NCBI GenBank assembly: GCA_963669175.1
Contig: OY769902.1
Span: forward strand, 4,768,001-4,832,000
Direction: 5' to 3'
DNA from: a bacterium
Lineage (GTDB): Bacteria > Electryoneota > Electryoneia > Electryoneales > Electryoneaceae
DNA: 64,000 nt
The position numbers and the translations under genes are program-made. Positions 1 to 10,110 of the stretch are shown here, in pieces. Position 1 is the first letter of the stretch, and the number at the start of each line of letters is the position of its first letter. Below the pieces are notes generated by a model that searched no databases, had not been told where the DNA came from, and was given only the letters and a program-made list of their open reading frames with translations.

Positions 1-302
1 AAGGCATACGGCTGTGACTGGATGCGAATGGAATCCCCTTCTTCCCCCAGCGCCAACAAGGTTCCATTCACATACCAGGGCGTACGTGTCGAATCCGTCT
101 GATCCTGAAACTCGACTGTCACCCCTGGCTCAATCAGGAGGGTGTCTCCTTCGGGGACAATCAGGGTGTCTGTGACGAGGTAAGGGGAGCCGTCCACATC
201 CCACACGCCGGACACTTCGCCGGAGACAAACGTCTCCGCTGACGTCGTAGTGAAAAAAGCAAGTAAAGTGAAAAAGGTGAAAAAAGAAACAGAAAAACGC
301 AT
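1..302 (-). CDS. Secreted protein, N-terminal part (runs off the window); resembles right-handed parallel beta-helix repeat / CTD-type proteins
   Basis: Manual translation from ATG at 302: MRFSVSFFTFFTLLAFFTTTSA-ETFVSGEVSGVWDVDGSPYLVTDTLIVPEGDTLLIEPGVTVEF... Signal peptide followed by the typical VSG.W...GSPY.V....VP.G.TL.IEPGV start. Open to the window edge, so not in the ORF track. Confidence 0.8.
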   Translation of the reverse strand, partial: MRFSVSFFTFFTLLAFFTTTSAETFVSGEVSGVWDVDGSPYLVTDTLIVPEGDTLLIEPGVTVEFQDQTDSTRTPWYVNGTLLALGEEGDSIRIQSQPYA

Positions 303-397
303 GGCCCGACTTTCCAGATGTGAAACCAGAAACTCTTGTGATGACGGCGACGATGGCTGAGCTTGCCCCTGCGCTGCACTTGATGAGCAAGTCGGGA
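299..397 (+). repeat. ~97-bp inverted-arm element (TGGCCCGA...GAGCAAGTCGGGA family)
   Basis: gcatggcccgactt ... gatgagcaagtcggga. The same arms occur at 36535, 36682, 55490, 55627, with variants elsewhere. Confidence 0.7.
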
Positions 398-417
398 GCG
401 GGGAGATGAGTTGCCGT

Positions 418-501
418 GAAAAGGGGACTGTTTCCTTTTCGTTGCGCGGACGTGATGTATTCCGTGATGAATGAAATCGAAAAGGTGACTGTCCCCTTTT
501 C
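418..501. repeat. Paired AAAAGGGGAC-type imperfect palindromes ~60 bp apart
   Basis: gaaaaggggactgtttccttttc and gaaaaggtgactgtccccttttc. The same pairs occur at ~5783/5842, 8409/8468, 38737/38797 and 55378/55438. Confidence 0.75.
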
Positions 502-700
502 ACTATATTCACACGCCCCATCTTCAAACGTCCAAGTGCTTCCGCGAGTATGGATGCGGTCAACAACAGCAGGTTCAAGATCAGGCAGGCTGTGCAAGGG
601 AAGAACGTCACTCTGATCAGGGGTAATGTTCCGGAATGCGCGTGTTCAGTCGGGAAACTGCGAGCATTCGATGGTATTATTTGTTTCATAATGACTCCTG

Positions 701-742
701 GAAAAGTAGGGACAGACCCCGCGTGGTCTGTCCCTACTTTTC
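701..742. repeat. GTAG-type REP-like palindrome
   Basis: gaaaaGTAGGGACAGACC-ccgcgt-GGTCTGTCCCTACttttc, perfect 18-bp arms. Confidence 0.7.
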
Positions 743-848
743 CCAGTTGTGAGGTATTATAACATAGTCAGATACCTCTGCAAACACAATCCTATTACAT
801 CTTTCGAAAAAAAGTGATTTAGACAAAGGAAGGATAGAAAGAAACTTC

Positions 849-1181
849 GGCTGCTCACAGGAATTTGTGTGAATTATCTACGAGTACGTTTCGTCAGGTC
901 TTGACGTGATGCCGTTTTCGCGTTCTTCTCCGCAATTTCAGACACCTGTCCGACTTCACACATGCTATTTCGCTTGATGGATCGTCATCAGGCATCACGT
1001 TGTGACCTGACGACAGCGAGAATGCTGAATCAGGTGGCAGGTCACAACGCGACAATAACAGGGCGCGAGGTGGTTTCAGAATCATCGTGCATCCAGGAAA
1101 ACACAGCAAAAGTCGAATACGAAATGTCGCGTCAAGACCTGCCACAACATTGCCCGGATGTACAAATTCTTGTGAGGAACC
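849..1181 (-). mobile_element. MITE family A copy 1 (333 bp, ~24-bp TIR, 8-bp TSD)
   Basis: Ends ggctgctcacaggaatttgtg / tacaaattcttgtgaggaacc. Direct repeat gaaacttc at 841-848 and 1182-1189. Homologous to 40341-40663 and 49300-49632. Confidence 0.9.
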
Positions 1182-1355
1182 GAAACTTCAAACTGCGTTA
1201 CCCACCGGCCATGCAAGTGTGGTAGCATGCCCGCCCACAACAATATCATCCCCGGCAAGGCATGACAGGGCTACCCTTTTTCACTTTTTTCACTTCCCTA
1301 TGCCATCACCGGTTTATCCCAAGTGAACACGCCCTACTGCGAGCACCATTAAAAA

Positions 1356-1379
1356 TCCGGAACTTATTGGTTCCGGATC
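1356..1379 (-). terminator. Probable terminator after the transglutaminase-like gene
   Basis: atccggaac-ttattg-gttccggat hairpin with an A-run on its left (T-tract on the minus strand). Confidence 0.55.
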
Positions 1380-1427
1380 TCTGGATGTTTTATCAGGTTT
1401 TACCACACGATGCGAAACACGGCCCAA

Positions 1428-4400
1428 CTACCTGATCAGCACCTGTTCCTCCTCTTTCGCCTCCCAATTCAGGATAAAGTCGCGGAAGACGGGATAATTT
1501 TCCGCCGGCACATCCATATTCGGAAACAGGTAGTATCGTCGTCCAACGAATGATTTGCTTGATTCCTTTTCGAAGGAGAAATCAGCTACGATGGATTCCA
1601 AATGGAGTCTTTCCGTGCGAGGGAGCGAGCTGATGGTGTACCCATCCGGCACGGTAAACCGGATGCTTTGCTCAACCGGAGATTGCAGGAAATAATATTT
1701 TATTGACATTTCATTTTCCCTTGAAGAAAGCGAAAAGGAAGATGCCAATGAGGTTGACAGGTTGGTCAACCAGGGCAGGCGAACGCCACTGATCTTGTTA
1801 TCATGACGAATCAGCATATCATTGACGTGTCCGGAAAAATGGACAACAGGGGCGTTCAGAAGATCGTCCATGTTTTCGGTGGAAAGTGTATCCAGCACAA
1901 ATCCCGGAATCTTGTCATTCCAGTAATCTGTGAAGTCGGTCGCTTGTTGCATGGGGGACTTTGCACGGAACAGCTCCCGGAACAAAGCAGCGTAGTGACC
2001 ATGCGCTTCAATCATGCCTTCAAGCTGAAATGCCTTGTCCTTCACCTGGATTGAAAGTTCCATTTTGGTTCCCTTTGGATCGGAACAAGATGAAACCTTT
2101 TGAATTGTCTCGCGTTCTTTACCCGCCGTAAAGTCAATTGGCAGGATATTGCTTCCCGGCAGTGATCCGGGCAATTCGCCGAAGGTGTATTCTTCGGCGG
2201 TTGGATCAACGATCAGTGTATCTTCTCCCAGAGGAACCACCGTAATCACATGGGTGAATCGTGGAGAAGGCTGGAAGAAATGATTTCCGGCATAACCGGG
2301 ACGATTCAGTGCGATATAGGCGGGAATGCCCTTTTCGCGCAGCATGGTAATCATCAGCACACATTTATCTTTGCAGTCGCCAAAGCCATCTTCCAGAACA
2401 GATTCAGCAGTCTGAGGAACAAAACGGCTATACTGGAAGTCAAGATCCTCATACTGAATTTCCTTTGCGACAAAATCATAAACCTTGGCCACAATCATCT
2501 CATCGGACTCGGTACCGTCAAGCAACTCATCAAGTTTCTCGCGAATTTTTACGGTTGCGTTACACTGTCCGGTATAGAGATCACGATACCAGTCGTCGAT
2601 GATTCCCCAATCATCCATCGTACTGACATCAATCGTACAGAACTGATCACGGTACGCGCCTGAGAATGGTTCATCCGCTAACGGCTCAAGGTTGCCTGTG
2701 GTGTATATAATTGTTTCAAACAATCCATCCACCGATTTCGTCTTCTTCTCAAGAATGACTCGATCCGCATGCAATTCATTACAGAAGATCTTTTTGTCTT
2801 TAGGATAGATTAACTGAAAACGCTCTGAGAATACAGGAATGAACTCTTCCACCATAAACTCGGTCCAGAATTCCGAGCTGAGTCGTCCAGGCTGATATTC
2901 ATCAACAGTGTATTGCACTTCGATATAATCCCCGACCTCGAGACTTGGGAAAGATATCTTGGCCCCGAACTGCACCCCCTCAACCTGGGAACCGTCCGGC
3001 TTGATAAGATGTGAACGAAGTAGCTCAACATCACTGAAGTAGGGATGATAACTCAACGATACCGTTGAATAGTTTTCCTTGCCTTTTTCGGTCAACACCT
3101 GAAAGATTTCGTGGTAGTACTTGCGTTGTGCGCCGTCATGGAAGTAGATACCCACCATATCCTTCAACACCTGAACCGCCTCGGTGTCCCATTCATGATC
3201 TTGAGCTTCATATTCTTCGATTACGTCGGAGGATTCCTTGCGTTCATAGAGTTCATCGTAGGGTGTTTTCTCTTCAAGTTGTCTCAGTTTATTTCGTGCG
3301 TAAATGCTGGTAGGCGATATTTCGAGCAATTGGGATAGCGTGGCATGCAATTCATCCCTTTTGGTAGTGAGCATAGCTTCAAGTTCGGCAGCGCCGTTCG
3401 GATCTGCTTTTAGTAGCTGAGGATTTTGATCCATAAAAGACCGGATATTGTACAATTGCTGTTCTAATACTGCCGCTTTCAAATTCCAGAGATCGGTGGC
3501 AAAAGGAAAGCTGCACAGGGTTTCATCCATACAGGCAAGTATGCTGTCCATGCTCGCGCCATCGAGCAGCCTGGCCCGATAGTAGATTTCATATTGGCTT
3601 GCCAGGTCGGGATAGTAGTGCAATAAATCGGCCGCAATCTGGGATGCCCTGGCATAATCTCTTTGTTGAAATGCACGTTCAAGGAAGTATTCCGTGGCGT
3701 CCAGCGGATTGCCGGCTTCTGCTTTCTTTTGTTGAAGCGCAGGCACTTCACTCTCAAGACTGAAATTTTCAGCGCGAATAATCAGCAGATCATACAAATC
3801 CGCGACATCAGGGTACAGTCTTTCCATTTGATCGAAAATTACGTAGGCATCTTCCATATTATCACGTTGCGCAAGCAATACACTTTTTTGCAGCAAGCCT
3901 GCCAGCCATTCGTTGTTTATCGCCAGCATGACGTTATTGATCGCTTCGACACGACGGTAATTCTTCCGTTCCATCATGTCCTTTGCGAAATAGGCCACTG
4001 CGGGTGCGAAATCCTCCGCTACACGGAAAGCTTTCTGGATCGCAGCCCTTGCTTCATCCTTCTTGCCCATATCTACAAGAAGATCATAGCGCTTCTCGCA
4101 CAGAATGGCGCTCTCTTCCGTTACCCCAGGCGCTTCTTTGAGAAGAATGTCGGCGCGGTCTATCACATGAATCGCTTCTTCTTCATATGACTTTATGCCC
4201 ATCATAAACGCCAGCCAATAATAGTATTCCAGCTTGTCAGGATTGTCATCCACCAGTTGCGCCAGACGTTCCATAAGGGGATCATCCAGCTCAAATTCTG
4301 TCCGTTCTTCACCACTGAACAAAGTGTCATAGACAACCGATGTAACCTCCGATGTAAGCTCATAATCCAGGGTTTCGGAAATTGGCTGTGCATAGATCGT

Positions 4401-5408
4401 GAATACGGCCAGCCCGTTAGCAGCGCTGCAATTCTTTGTCAGGAGATTATGCTTGCCTGCTGTGAGGTCTTTACGGACCCAATAGATATCAGCCCCTGAA
4501 CGAACTGTATGCTTATCAAGTACCTCATCCCCGTCAATCCAGAATTTCAAAGACCCGTAGCAATGCACCACAAAGAGCCACGGTTGTGTTTCGGGTACAT
4601 CCAATTCACGGTAAGCATAGCCAGCCATCAGGGAAGAAATGTCGAACAACCGGTAGAAGTTCACTTCTCCCACCAACCCATGGATCTGGGGGGTGAACCA
4701 TTCCACCTCCATGTTGTTCAAACCGGTATAGGTTTGAGAAAGATCCGGTGTCGCTGCAAACTCATGTTCATTAATGAAATCTTTACCGAAGCCGGACATG
4801 GCAATATTGGAGAAAGGACCGACAATAGACCAACCACGCAATGTTTGAAGCGAATCGCCGATCTCCTTAACTTTCTCGTACTCCATTACGGTTTTGTGAT
4901 GGTACCCTTCCAGGTTCAACAGGTATTCACGTTGGTTCCAGAGAGGAAGGTCTGTTCTTTTCAAAAACGCCTTTTCACTGGTGGCAAGCCGATCGATAGC
5001 TGACTTTGAATCAATCAACTCGGTAGTCATGTAATCCCTTACAGGCACGGCCAGGGGTGACAAGGGATCGGCTTCTATGGAACGCAGGAACGCATCGAAC
5101 GCTTCCAGGTAATATCCATGTGCACTCAGTGACAACCCAAATCCACGAAGTGACGAGGCATCATTGGGATTTTCATTGATTGCCATTTCAAAAGCTTCCC
5201 TCGCCCCGACAAAATCATTCATCCATAAAGCCTGCCAGCCTTTCGCGTTAAACTCGGCCACCAGGTCGGAATCAAATTCGACTCCTTTTTCAATCAACTT
5301 CGGGCTAATTGTTCCGGTTTGAGATGCACATGACAGAAACAGAATAGATGCAGCCAAAAGCAGGAAAAGTGGGGTACATACTGCTGGGACAACCTTGCCA
5401 ATCTTCAT
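1428..5408 (-). CDS. TPR + DUF3857 / transglutaminase-like / DUF3858 lipoprotein
   Basis: 1326 aa. Lipobox LFLSC, TPR-like helices, putative catalytic triad GDCKDK / FTHVI / IVDPT, RBS aggag upstream. Confidence 0.85.
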   Translation of the reverse strand: MKIGKVVPAVCTPLFLLLAASILFLSCASQTGTISPKLIEKGVEFDSDLVAEFNAKGWQALWMNDFVGAREAFEMAINENPNDASSLRGFGLSLSAHGYYLEAFDAFLRSIEADPLSPLAVPVRDYMTTELIDSKSAIDRLATSEKAFLKRTDLPLWNQREYLLNLEGYHHKTVMEYEKVKEIGDSLQTLRGWSIVGPFSNIAMSGFGKDFINEHEFAATPDLSQTYTGLNNMEVEWFTPQIHGLVGEVNFYRLFDISSLMAGYAYRELDVPETQPWLFVVHCYGSLKFWIDGDEVLDKHTVRSGADIYWVRKDLTAGKHNLLTKNCSAANGLAVFTIYAQPISETLDYELTSEVTSVVYDTLFSGEERTEFELDDPLMERLAQLVDDNPDKLEYYYWLAFMMGIKSYEEEAIHVIDRADILLKEAPGVTEESAILCEKRYDLLVDMGKKDEARAAIQKAFRVAEDFAPAVAYFAKDMMERKNYRRVEAINNVMLAINNEWLAGLLQKSVLLAQRDNMEDAYVIFDQMERLYPDVADLYDLLIIRAENFSLESEVPALQQKKAEAGNPLDATEYFLERAFQQRDYARASQIAADLLHYYPDLASQYEIYYRARLLDGASMDSILACMDETLCSFPFATDLWNLKAAVLEQQLYNIRSFMDQNPQLLKADPNGAAELEAMLTTKRDELHATLSQLLEISPTSIYARNKLRQLEEKTPYDELYERKESSDVIEEYEAQDHEWDTEAVQVLKDMVGIYFHDGAQRKYYHEIFQVLTEKGKENYSTVSLSYHPYFSDVELLRSHLIKPDGSQVEGVQFGAKISFPSLEVGDYIEVQYTVDEYQPGRLSSEFWTEFMVEEFIPVFSERFQLIYPKDKKIFCNELHADRVILEKKTKSVDGLFETIIYTTGNLEPLADEPFSGAYRDQFCTIDVSTMDDWGIIDDWYRDLYTGQCNATVKIREKLDELLDGTESDEMIVAKVYDFVAKEIQYEDLDFQYSRFVPQTAESVLEDGFGDCKDKCVLMITMLREKGIPAYIALNRPGYAGNHFFQPSPRFTHVITVVPLGEDTLIVDPTAEEYTFGELPGSLPGSNILPIDFTAGKERETIQKVSSCSDPKGTKMELSIQVKDKAFQLEGMIEAHGHYAALFRELFRAKSPMQQATDFTDYWNDKIPGFVLDTLSTENMDDLLNAPVVHFSGHVNDMLIRHDNKISGVRLPWLTNLSTSLASSFSLSSRENEMSIKYYFLQSPVEQSIRFTVPDGYTISSLPRTERLHLESIVADFSFEKESSKSFVGRRYYLFPNMDVPAENYPVFRDFILNWEAKEEEQVLIR

Positions 5409-5585
5409 TTCACACTCCTTTTAACAGGATTTTCCGCAGATGCTTCAGCCTTGTTGTGAAAAGATGTTGAACCGTGCAGTGTATTCGGTGGATAGATATG
5501 AAACAATAATAAGAATTATCATTCTTTCGCAAGTTGTTGACCACCAGCCTTCGCAGTGTGAACGCAAGTGGTGGTCGTTGATGTT

Positions 5586-5900
5586 ATAGCGATTCCCATT
5601 ATTATTCCGTCATGTGGTCATGTGCCAGATCAGTGAAAGGTCAACCATATGGTTGGAATAAAGGATAAGGATATGGAAAAAGGGGACAGTTTCCTTTCCC
5701 TGGGGCAAAGCCTTCCCGCTGTGAGCAAGGACGGGGAAAGGTGGCTGTACCCTTTTGCTTGAGAGCAGGCAGGACGTACACGGAAAAGGGTACAGTTTCC
5801 TTTTCCACAAGTTCGGCGAGAGTGTTTCATATGCGCGCGAGGAAAAGGATCCCGTCCCCGTTTCCCGGCAATCTTTATTATGTCGGAATAAAATCGAGAA
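5586..5900. repeat. Composite intergenic repeat; copy lacking the MITE B insertion seen at 38700-39551
   Basis: atagcgattcccattatt...ggatatggaaaaaggggac...gggcaaagccttcccgc...gaaaaggatcccgtcccc...tattatgtcggaa aligns by eye with the reverse complement of 38700-39551 minus its insertions. Confidence 0.75.
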
Positions 5901-6184
5901 CAGCAATATCACCGAACGGGGATCTCGCAGTATGATGTGCGCAATCATTTGTCCCCGACGGCTTGAAGCACGCTGAAGCGAAGCGGAAGCGGCTGCCCGG
6001 CGGGGGGTATTCTATCTGGAGAATCATTCCTTCAGCAGTGATACAATGATCCTCCCGTCAATAAATATAACACCGCAACGAAGATAAATATGCAGTAAAA
6101 CTACCCCCAATATTGCCAAGCCAATAATTCACTCTGTAGTTTTGGGTACTATCCGGTTTTTTTAACCGCATTCGAGGGGCTGTC

Positions 6185-7906
6185 ATGTACCGTATCCTGG
6201 CTTCGATCTTCCTGTCCTTCTGTTTATTCACCTACGCATTCAGTCAGGACCAGTTTGTGCCGCATATCTTCAGCGATGAGATTGATATTCCCTGGTCACT
6301 GCTCACCGTGGACATGGATGATGATGGCGATATGGATGTTGTTGCCGCTGGGTATAACGGCGATCTCATTCTGTATGAATTGGACGAGAATCTAAACTTC
6401 GCCTCGCATATAATCTCCGATCACGCTACCGGTGATATCACTGTGTACGCCGTTGATCTGGACGGTGATTTTGACCTGGATATTGTTGGCTCAACCTATT
6501 GCACCGGCAACCTGGTCTGGTGGGAAAATCTCGGCTCTTTCTTCTTTGCGGAACACCTCATCACGGAAGAATATTCACAATTCCTCCAGATCGCTGTTGC
6601 GGATTTCGATCATGACGGTGACATCGATCTGGGCTTACCCTTGCATGAGCAGCTTGGCACTCGCGGGCTGGTGATCGGATGGAACGACGGGGACACCAAT
6701 TTCACCTTTGAGAACATCGCCCCCGGAACCATGCTGAACGGGATTGAAGCGGCGGACCTTGATAATGATAGCGACATGGATCTTGTCGCCAGTGGGGATA
6801 TCATACGCTGGTACGAGAACTGCCTGCCGGACACGTTTATCATGCATGAAATCGGTCCCGGCCCGTCGAACGCCCTGGATATCGCCGTTGCAGATCTGGA
6901 TAACGATGATGACATGGATATCGTTACCGCCGGCTATGAGCATACCTGTCGGGTCTTGTGCTTTCTGAACAACAGCATGGAAGAGTTCTCTTCTTTTATT
7001 CTGGGCGATTTTCAGGGCATCACTCATATCGCGCTGGATGATATCAACGGCGACAACTATACCGACATCGCGCTTTCCATGGAGGGGAGAAGTCTGTGGT
7101 ATGTCCAGAACAACGGCCGTGGGGGCTATTACCCGTTCGAAATCGATGTGGAACAGGGTTCAACCGCACTGGATGTGGCGGATATTGATCAGGATGGCGA
7201 CCTGGACCTGGTGCAGGGACGTTATGAAGCGATGACCTGGTGGGAAAACCAGATCCCGCCTGCCGCACCACCGGGCGCATTCCATGCGATCGCCCCTGCC
7301 GCCAATGCTGCTCTGGCCTTTGAGGATGCTTTCCCTATCGAGTTCCGTTGGTATGCATCTGATCCCGTAAATCCCTGGGATGTCGTCTACTACCGTTTTG
7401 AACTGTCCGTGGTCAAGGATGGCACGGAATACACAACTTCAGAATCGGAACTTAATCGGTATGACTGGTCCGTGAACTTGTCAGAGCTTATCGGAAATGG
7501 CGCTTTTGCGGACCCGTTGAACGCTACGTGGACCGTGACCGCCTACACGAACGGGGGCGAAATCAATTGCATCGAAGGACCGATCCACTTCCGGATTCTC
7601 CCCCCGGTCAGCGTTTCCGATCAAACACAGCAAACGCCAACCAGCTTTGAGCTGTTGCCGGTAGCGCCGAATCCGTTCAATGCGACCGCCAATATTCGAA
7701 TCGCCCTGCCGCAATCCGCGCTGGTCGAACTCGTGGTGATGGATGTGCTGGGCCGCCATGTCTGTACGCTGGCGTCCGGTTCCCTGCAATGCGGCGAACA
7801 CAGCTTCCTGCTAGACGGCTCAAACCTGGCCTCCGGGACTTACCTGGTTCACGCCCGCACTTCACTCGGAGAACAACAGGTCCAGAGGATGATTCTGCTG
7901 AAATAG
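6185..7906 (+). CDS. FG-GAP/VCBS repeat protein with FN3-like domain and T9SS type A C-terminal sorting domain
   Basis: 573 aa. Signal peptide, about 7 DxDxDGDxD repeats, C-terminal PNPFN...LASGTY...KMILLK-like CTD. Confidence 0.9.
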   Translation: MYRILASIFLSFCLFTYAFSQDQFVPHIFSDEIDIPWSLLTVDMDDDGDMDVVAAGYNGDLILYELDENLNFASHIISDHATGDITVYAVDLDGDFDLDIVGSTYCTGNLVWWENLGSFFFAEHLITEEYSQFLQIAVADFDHDGDIDLGLPLHEQLGTRGLVIGWNDGDTNFTFENIAPGTMLNGIEAADLDNDSDMDLVASGDIIRWYENCLPDTFIMHEIGPGPSNALDIAVADLDNDDDMDIVTAGYEHTCRVLCFLNNSMEEFSSFILGDFQGITHIALDDINGDNYTDIALSMEGRSLWYVQNNGRGGYYPFEIDVEQGSTALDVADIDQDGDLDLVQGRYEAMTWWENQIPPAAPPGAFHAIAPAANAALAFEDAFPIEFRWYASDPVNPWDVVYYRFELSVVKDGTEYTTSESELNRYDWSVNLSELIGNGAFADPLNATWTVTAYTNGGEINCIEGPIHFRILPPVSVSDQTQQTPTSFELLPVAPNPFNATANIRIALPQSALVELVVMDVLGRHVCTLASGSLQCGEHSFLLDGSNLASGTYLVHARTSLGEQQVQRMILLK

Positions 7907-8093
7907 CGGTCTTGAAGGTTGTCAAGAAATATCACCTCTGCTGGCGGAAGTGTTCGTCGGGTGGACCTATTCGCACGTAAGAGTGCTGACGCTATGGTCA
8001 CTGGATAGATACTCTGATGTAGCAATAATTCATGACGCAACACGGAGTGAATAGGGACGGAAATTGTATCTATTACGATGTTCTTCGCCTTCT

Positions 8094-8245
8094 GTCATCC
8101 CCGCATCATCAAAATGTCATCACCGGCTCTATCGCGCTCCCCTATGTCATCCCCGGCTCTTTCGCCCCCCCTATGTCATCCCCGGCTCTTTCGCCCCCCC
8201 TATGTCATCCCCGGCTCCGAACGGGGATCTCGAGGTTCGATGTGA
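8094..8245 (+). repeat. GTCATCCCCG REP-like element with a tandemly amplified 5' arm (~29-bp units)
   Basis: (tatgtcatccccggctctttcgccccccc)n followed by gtcatccccggctccgaacggggatctcgag. Related to 29624 and 30067-30193. Confidence 0.8.
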
Positions 8246-8591
8246 TAATCATTGAAAGATCATTAAAGCGTCCTTGATACAGCCTGATCACTTATCCAGA
8301 TGCTCTCCTGAGTGCTGGTTGAAATGAAAGAAACAGTTGAGTATTCTTGCTGAAATTACAGGTGAAGCTCTGTCACTTGGGCATCGTGCCACCCGTCCAG
8401 ACTATCACGAAAAGGGGACGGAATCTTTTTCCTCGCGCCTTACCCTGACATTCTCGCTGCTCGTGCGGAAAAGAAGCTGTACCCTTTTCGGTGTGAGAAC
8501 ATGGCTGGTTGCGTCTTTTGTAATCGAAGGCTGCGATTGGGTATGAAAGATCTATGGAGCGTTTGGCTCACTCATTGGCAAAAGAGGAAAG

Positions 8592-9710
8592 TCACCTTTC
8601 CCATTCTGCCCATCTCAGATATTGTCTATAAGCTGGATCATTATAATCAACACGTTCTTCATGCATTAGCCTTCCCACGACAATTGAAGGATCGATATGG
8701 ACATGTTCCGCAAAATATACAGTGCTTGATGGTGTAATAGATCCTTTAATAAACTGGTGATACTCAACACTCGGAATAAGAGCATCGCGTGCAAATGTAT
8801 CCGCTTCTTCTTCAAGCAAGTCGTTTTGAGTAAAATTTGATCCCTCAATGAAAATCTTCTGTTCATGCAATAGGATGTGACCAATTTCGTGAAACAGGGT
8901 AAACCAGATCATGTCCCACCTTTTGCCGTGCAGAGTCAGCATAATATGCGGCCGTTTGTTCATCCATACCGTCATGCCTTTAGCCGGAAATCCCTTGAAT
9001 TCTTGAACGAAAAGGAAAACCACTCCTGTAGCTTTTCCAATTTCTCTCAACTGACGTTTGACGACATTCAAATATTGTTCTCTAGTCAGTGTTCTTAAAG
9101 CCGGCAAAGCGCTTTCCAAAACTCTCTTTTTGAAAGTAACAAAAGGCCATTGTTCTTCTTCCGTCTGCTTTTCTCCTAAACGCAACCAAACAGCAAGTTT
9201 TGCATTTGACAAAGCTGTGGTTTTCGCAAGACGAGCTGCCAGACCATAGTTCTTCTCGATATAAGTATCCAATGCAGTAAAGGAAGCGACACGAAGAAAA
9301 CGGTGCAGATGATGAACCCTTTGACGTTTCCCCTCATTGCTTCTTCCATTGACATCAGGCACAAGACCACGCTGTACCAACTCAGTGTAAGGGAACTCGT
9401 TAAGACGTTTCACATCGTTTGCAACCGTTTTTTCATATTCCAGACGTTCTTTGGCCGCTTGATAATTCGCTTCTCTATTCAACCAGTATTGCTGGGTCAT
9501 GCCCAGAACAGTTCCCAACTGCCCGGCAGTCTCAGCGGTAATCGCTTTTTTCGCTTTTATGATCTCGTTGACCATCTGAACCGGACGTCCCATTCTGTGG
9601 GCCAGGTCTTCTTGCCGCATCCCTCTGTCGTCCAACAATTCCTGAATCGTAAAACCAGGTGGGATAGCAATGGGGGCTTTATATGGTTTGGGGGCAACTC
9701 GCGTCGACAT
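8592..9710 (-). CDS. higA: HigA-family antitoxin, XRE-HTH fused to an ImmA/IrrE-like metallopeptidase domain
   Basis: N-terminal IPPGFTIQELL...MRQEDLAHRMG...ITAETA...YWLNREANY; C-terminal WFTLFHEIGH (HExxH). Confidence 0.9.
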   Translation of the reverse strand: MSTRVAPKPYKAPIAIPPGFTIQELLDDRGMRQEDLAHRMGRPVQMVNEIIKAKKAITAETAGQLGTVLGMTQQYWLNREANYQAAKERLEYEKTVANDVKRLNEFPYTELVQRGLVPDVNGRSNEGKRQRVHHLHRFLRVASFTALDTYIEKNYGLAARLAKTTALSNAKLAVWLRLGEKQTEEEQWPFVTFKKRVLESALPALRTLTREQYLNVVKRQLREIGKATGVVFLFVQEFKGFPAKGMTVWMNKRPHIMLTLHGKRWDMIWFTLFHEIGHILLHEQKIFIEGSNFTQNDLLEEEADTFARDALIPSVEYHQFIKGSITPSSTVYFAEHVHIDPSIVVGRLMHEERVDYNDPAYRQYLRWAEWER

Positions 9711-9722
9711 TCCTCATCCTCC

Positions 9723-10061
9723 TCAATGATAGTCTCCGACAAAAACAACTTCAAGCGCAGTCACAGTATTAGGTTTAACCGAACCATTCTCATCTACTTC
9801 ATAGTTACCCACAGGGGCAAGGCATATGACGAAAGGTTTCTTGATCGTTATCGACCACTGGTTTTTCCTGTTTCCCTTTAAGGGATGCCAATCCTTCTTT
9901 CCACCAAGGGGAATCTGCGCAACTGAATCGAATGCGCGAATATGCTCCAGGCGTTCAACCAAAACCGGGAATAAAGTTGTATCCTTGAAGATTTTGGTTG
10001 CAGCCTTCTCCACCGTACATATTTCCTCCAGCTTCAGGCTGCTAAATCCAATATCGATCAT
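9723..10061 (-). CDS. higB: HigB/RelE-ParE-family toxin (plasmid maintenance killer-like)
   Basis: 112 aa, HPLKGNRKNQWSI motif and C-terminal DYH; toxin-first order upstream of higA. Confidence 0.85.
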   Translation of the reverse strand: MIDIGFSSLKLEEICTVEKAATKIFKDTTLFPVLVERLEHIRAFDSVAQIPLGGKKDWHPLKGNRKNQWSITIKKPFVICLAPVGNYEVDENGSVKPNTVTALEVVFVGDYH

Positions 10062-10077
10062 TTATTCCTCGTATTCA

Positions 10078-10110
10078 AGTCAAATTTCACCCTAAGGGTG
10101 AAATTTGACT
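10078..10110. promoter_or_regulatory. Perfect 15-bp inverted repeat, likely HigA operator
   Basis: agtcaaatttcaccc-taa-gggtgaaatttgact, about 17 bp upstream of the higB ATG. Confidence 0.7.

Noticed and set aside
299-397. Integron attC sites as an explanation for the ~97-bp elements
   Set aside because: No RYYYAAC/GTTRRRY boxes, no cassette ORFs between elements and no integrase.
894-1225. Short ORFs repeated at 40347-40538 and 49265-49587
   Set aside because: Translations of MITE A; frames are not conserved between copies and no transposase motifs are present.
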